Assembly: GCA_963730185.1 (NCBI GenBank)
Contig: CAVSQW010000014.1
Span: 224,001 to 288,000, forward strand
DNA from: an uncultured Gemmatimonadales bacterium
GTDB lineage: Bacteria > Gemmatimonadota > Gemmatimonadetes > Gemmatimonadales > GWC2-71-9
Direction: 5' to 3'
Length of the DNA: 64,000 nucleotides
The notes under the pieces are model-generated. The model ran no database searches and was not told where the DNA came from. It saw only the letters and a program-made list of their open reading frames with translations. Each line of letters starts with the position of its first letter. The stretch's first letter is position 1. The position numbers and the translations under genes were made by a program. Shown in pieces: positions 61,185 to 64,000 of the stretch.

Positions 61185-62297
61185 GTGTCTGACTCGCTGG
61201 AAGCCAGGGTCGGCGCGACCCTCGCCCGGATCAAGAACCCCCGTCTCGACAACGACCTGTTCTCCGCCGGCATGGTGCGCGACCTCGCGGTCACCGACGA
61301 CGGGCGGGTGACCTTCACGTTCCTCCTCGCCAAGCAGGATCCGGCCACGCTGGTGCGAGAGGCTCGGAGTGCCCTCAAGGCGCTCGAGGGCGTGAGCGAA
61401 GTGAAGATCACGGTTGTGGACCCGGCTGCCTCCCAGGGCGCCACCCATGGCCCACCCGGCGCCACCCAGCCCCAATCCACCGGCATGCCTCGGCCGCCCG
61501 AACCGGTGGAGTTCCCCCATCTCGGTCAGGTGATCGCGGTGTCGTCGGGGAAGGGCGGGGTCGGCAAGTCCACCGTCACCGCCAACGTCGCGGTGGCGCT
61601 CGCCCAGAAGGGGAAGAAGGTCGGGATCCTCGACGCCGACATCTACGGCCCCAACATTCCCCGGATGTTCGGCCGGTTCGAACGGCCCGAGGTCAAAGAC
61701 CACCGGATCCAGCCCCTCGAAGCCTTCGGCGTCAAGCTGATGTCGATCGGCTTTCTGGTGGATCGGGATGTCGCGGCGATCTGGCGCGGACCGATCATCA
61801 TGAAGGTCCTCCAGCAGTTCCTGCGCGACGTGGAGTGGGGTGAGCTGGACTACTTTCTGGTCGACCTCCCGCCCGGTACCGGCGACGCCCAGCTCTCCCT
61901 GGTGCAGTCGGTCCAAGTCGGCGGCGCCATCATCGTCACCACTCCGCAGGAGATGGCCGTGGGTGACGCGCTCCGCGGCGCCAAGATGTTCGAGCGGGTC
62001 AACGTTCCGGTCGTCGGCATCGTCGAGAACATGAGTGGCTACACCGATCCGGACACCGGCAAGCGGATCGAGTTCTTCGCGAGCGGCGGCGGTCGGCGGC
62101 TGGCCGACGAGTTGGGCGTGCCGCTCCTGGGTGAAGTGCCGCTCCAACCCGGCCTGGCCGCCCAAGCCGACGAAGGCCGGCCGGCGGTGGCCGGCGCGCC
62201 GGACAGCCCGGCCGCGAAAGCGCTGGTGAGCGTGGCGGAGAAGGTGGTCGGGGTGATGGGGGGGCGGAAGGTCAAGCTGCCGATCATCAACGGGTGA
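61185..62297 (+). CDS. mrp: Mrp/ApbC/NBP35 family P-loop ATPase
   Basis: DUF59-like N-terminus, GKGGVGKST, DADIYGP, WRGP, DLPPGTGD, TTPQ, VENMS. Confidence 0.95.
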   Translation: MSDSLEARVGATLARIKNPRLDNDLFSAGMVRDLAVTDDGRVTFTFLLAKQDPATLVREARSALKALEGVSEVKITVVDPAASQGATHGPPGATQPQSTGMPRPPEPVEFPHLGQVIAVSSGKGGVGKSTVTANVAVALAQKGKKVGILDADIYGPNIPRMFGRFERPEVKDHRIQPLEAFGVKLMSIGFLVDRDVAAIWRGPIIMKVLQQFLRDVEWGELDYFLVDLPPGTGDAQLSLVQSVQVGGAIIVTTPQEMAVGDALRGAKMFERVNVPVVGIVENMSGYTDPDTGKRIEFFASGGGRRLADELGVPLLGEVPLQPGLAAQADEGRPAVAGAPDSPAAKALVSVAEKVVGVMGGRKVKLPIING

Positions 62298-62315
62298 GGG
62301 ATGGGAGACGGTTCC

Positions 62316-63155
62316 CTATCTCCACTCCACCCTGACCTCCCCCAGCGTCGTCGAGATGTCGAAATCGACCGTCCGCTTGGCCGTGGCGTAGTTGTCCGAG
62401 GTGTAGACGTTGCCGTCGCGGCTGAACCGGTCGGGAGAAAACGAGGCCAGGAACCGGTTCAGGCGGATCCGGACCCCCAGGCCCGGGGGCACGGCCAGCG
62501 TCACCCCGCCGAGCGTCATGTCGAGCTGCACTCGGGCCGGTGCATTCCAGGCCCCGTCCAGCTCGAGTCGCACCGCCCCCACGCCGCCGCCGATGTCCCA
62601 GCGGCGGCAGCCGCTGTTGCCCAGCCCCTTCACCACGAACTCCGCGGCGCCCGTGGTCACCACGGCCCGTCGGCAGAGCGTCGGGTTGACCCGCGAGAAC
62701 CGGACCTCGGTCCGACTCGCCCCGGTCACCAGTGACAGGTCCTCGAGCCGGAGACCGCCCAGCTCGAGGCTGGTTTCGGAGGCCCCCAGGTTCGCCTCGA
62801 GCGTGAGGGCCACGTCCGGCGACAGCTCCACCACCGCCGACTGAGCCAGTTGGTCGCGTTTCACGACCCAGAGCCCGCCCGACTTCCGCTTCTCCAGGCC
62901 GAGCCGAACCTGACTCCGGTCGCCCTCGAACGCCGCCACCGGTGTGTAGCGGGCGGCGTCGTACTTGAGGTCCATCCGGTAGAGTGCGTCGGTGGTCGAC
63001 GGGCGGAGGAAGAAGGTGCCCGCGGCTAGGTCGATGATGGTATGGAGGCTGGATTCCGACCGGCGGCCGCGCTCGACCGTGAAGCTCCGCATGTCCTGGG
63101 CGGCCCCGATCGAAGGCGCGATCAGGGCCAGCGCCAACAGCGCCCCCGCCCTCAT
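62316..63155 (-). CDS. Exported hypothetical protein with beta-solenoid-like repeats (LiaF/DUF2154-like)
   Basis: Signal peptide MRAGALLALALIAPSIGAA; repeats LGAS, TGAS, TGAA, GVGA, TLGG, TLGE. Confidence 0.7.
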   Translation of the reverse strand: MRAGALLALALIAPSIGAAQDMRSFTVERGRRSESSLHTIIDLAAGTFFLRPSTTDALYRMDLKYDAARYTPVAAFEGDRSQVRLGLEKRKSGGLWVVKRDQLAQSAVVELSPDVALTLEANLGASETSLELGGLRLEDLSLVTGASRTEVRFSRVNPTLCRRAVVTTGAAEFVVKGLGNSGCRRWDIGGGVGAVRLELDGAWNAPARVQLDMTLGGVTLAVPPGLGVRIRLNRFLASFSPDRFSRDGNVYTSDNYATAKRTVDFDISTTLGEVRVEWR

Positions 63156-64000
63156 GGCCGGGGCGGCCGCTTGACCGCGGGCACTCCCTGCTGGGGCGTG
63201 GCCCAGAGGTACTCGTCGGTGAGCATCTCGGAGGGCAGATACCGTCCCGCGAAGGCCGGGCGGACCCCCGCCCGGCTCAAGACCGCCGCGCCGAGACCCA
63301 CGGTGCCGAGGAGCCAGGTGGTGAGCACCGCGGCCCCGAGCACCAGCCCGCCCGCGAACGGTACCCATCCGAACAGCACCCAGGCCAGCCAGACCGCGCC
63401 CGCCGACCCGATCCCGATCATGAGGTACCGGTAGCTGTTGGGCGACAGGGCCACCCCGCGCGCCAGCTGACGCCGGGTATGGGACTCGCCGAGCGCGTGG
63501 GCCACCGCGAGGAAGCCGCCCACCACGCCGACGACCACCAGCAGGGCGTAGACGATCACCACGAACGGCACCAGCAGCGCGCCCACCACACTCAGCACCA
63601 AGCCCACCACCAGCATGCCGAACGTCGGCACGACCAGGATCTGGGAGAGCAGGCCGGCCAGAAAGGACCGGAGGAAGCTGTGGCTGGCGGTGTCGGAGAC
63701 GACTTCGAGGTACGGCCGGCCGAACGCGACCAACCCGAAGCCGAGCAGCGTCAGGGTGGCCAGGACACCGAGTACGCCGGCCAACCGGATGCCGGTGGTC
63801 GCGGCGAGACCACGGGGGGCCGCCGGCACGGTGTCGCCCTCGCTGACGCTCCGGCTCTCGCCCAGCACGCTCCCGCCCAGGTCGCGGACCTGACCTCCCA
63901 GGGCCAGAGCGTCGCCGTCGATCACGGCGCCCCGGTGGAGCAGGATGTCGCCGTCGAGCGTCACCAGGTTGCCGGTAACCCGGCCATAGACATCGGCCTG
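63152..64000 (-). CDS. Membrane protein with N-terminal bactofilin-like beta-helix repeats, 5'-truncated by window edge
   Basis: GNLVTLDGDI / GDALALGGQV repeats followed by several TM helices; frame open to the edge. Confidence 0.7.
   Translation of the reverse strand, partial: QADVYGRVTGNLVTLDGDILLHRGAVIDGDALALGGQVRDLGGSVLGESRSVSEGDTVPAAPRGLAATTGIRLAGVLGVLATLTLLGFGLVAFGRPYLEVVSDTASHSFLRSFLAGLLSQILVVPTFGMLVVGLVLSVVGALLVPFVVIVYALLVVVGVVGGFLAVAHALGESHTRRQLARGVALSPNSYRYLMIGIGSAGAVWLAWVLFGWVPFAGGLVLGAAVLTTWLLGTVGLGAAVLSRAGVRPAFAGRYLPSEMLTDEYLWATPQQGVPAVKRPPRP

Overview
A 64 kb, very GC-rich (roughly 70% by eye), gene-dense bacterial chromosome segment. Gene content (PadR + ADOP duplicated permeases, several secreted serine hydrolases, archaeal-type asd) suggests Gemmatimonadota or an Acidobacteria-like organism; this is inference. 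No rRNA, tRNA, CRISPR array, integrase or transposase was recognised. In order: nadC (partial), a frameshifted alpha/beta hydrolase, ETF-quinone oxidoreductase, a GGDEF protein, YjbQ, a LytS/LytTR system, ABC/ADOP permeases, peptidases and serine hydrolases, a spermidine-synthase fusion, a DAP/lysine operon (M20-asd-lysC-dapB-dapA-dapD), terC under a yybP-ykoY Mn riboswitch, a general-stress cluster (csbD, Usp, ferritin-like, sigma54 activator), a gpmI-OMP-PTPS-mobA-mobB-moeA operon, guaB, amino-acid transporters, nrnA, nifU and mrp. The most notable unannotated signals are: (1) a complete-looking leader-peptide attenuator (37-aa Thr/Lys/Met-containing peptide, antiterminator, terminator) in front of the DAP/lysine operon; (2) a 26-aa uORF between the Mn riboswitch and terC; (3) a stress cluster with three sigma54-type promoter motifs around an activator whose receiver domain lacks the phospho-accepting Asp; (4) a cysteine-free Mrp/ApbC; (5) two frameshifted genes and several small ORFs that the track misses or over-extends. 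All calls come from motif reading by eye; no database search or RNA folding was run.
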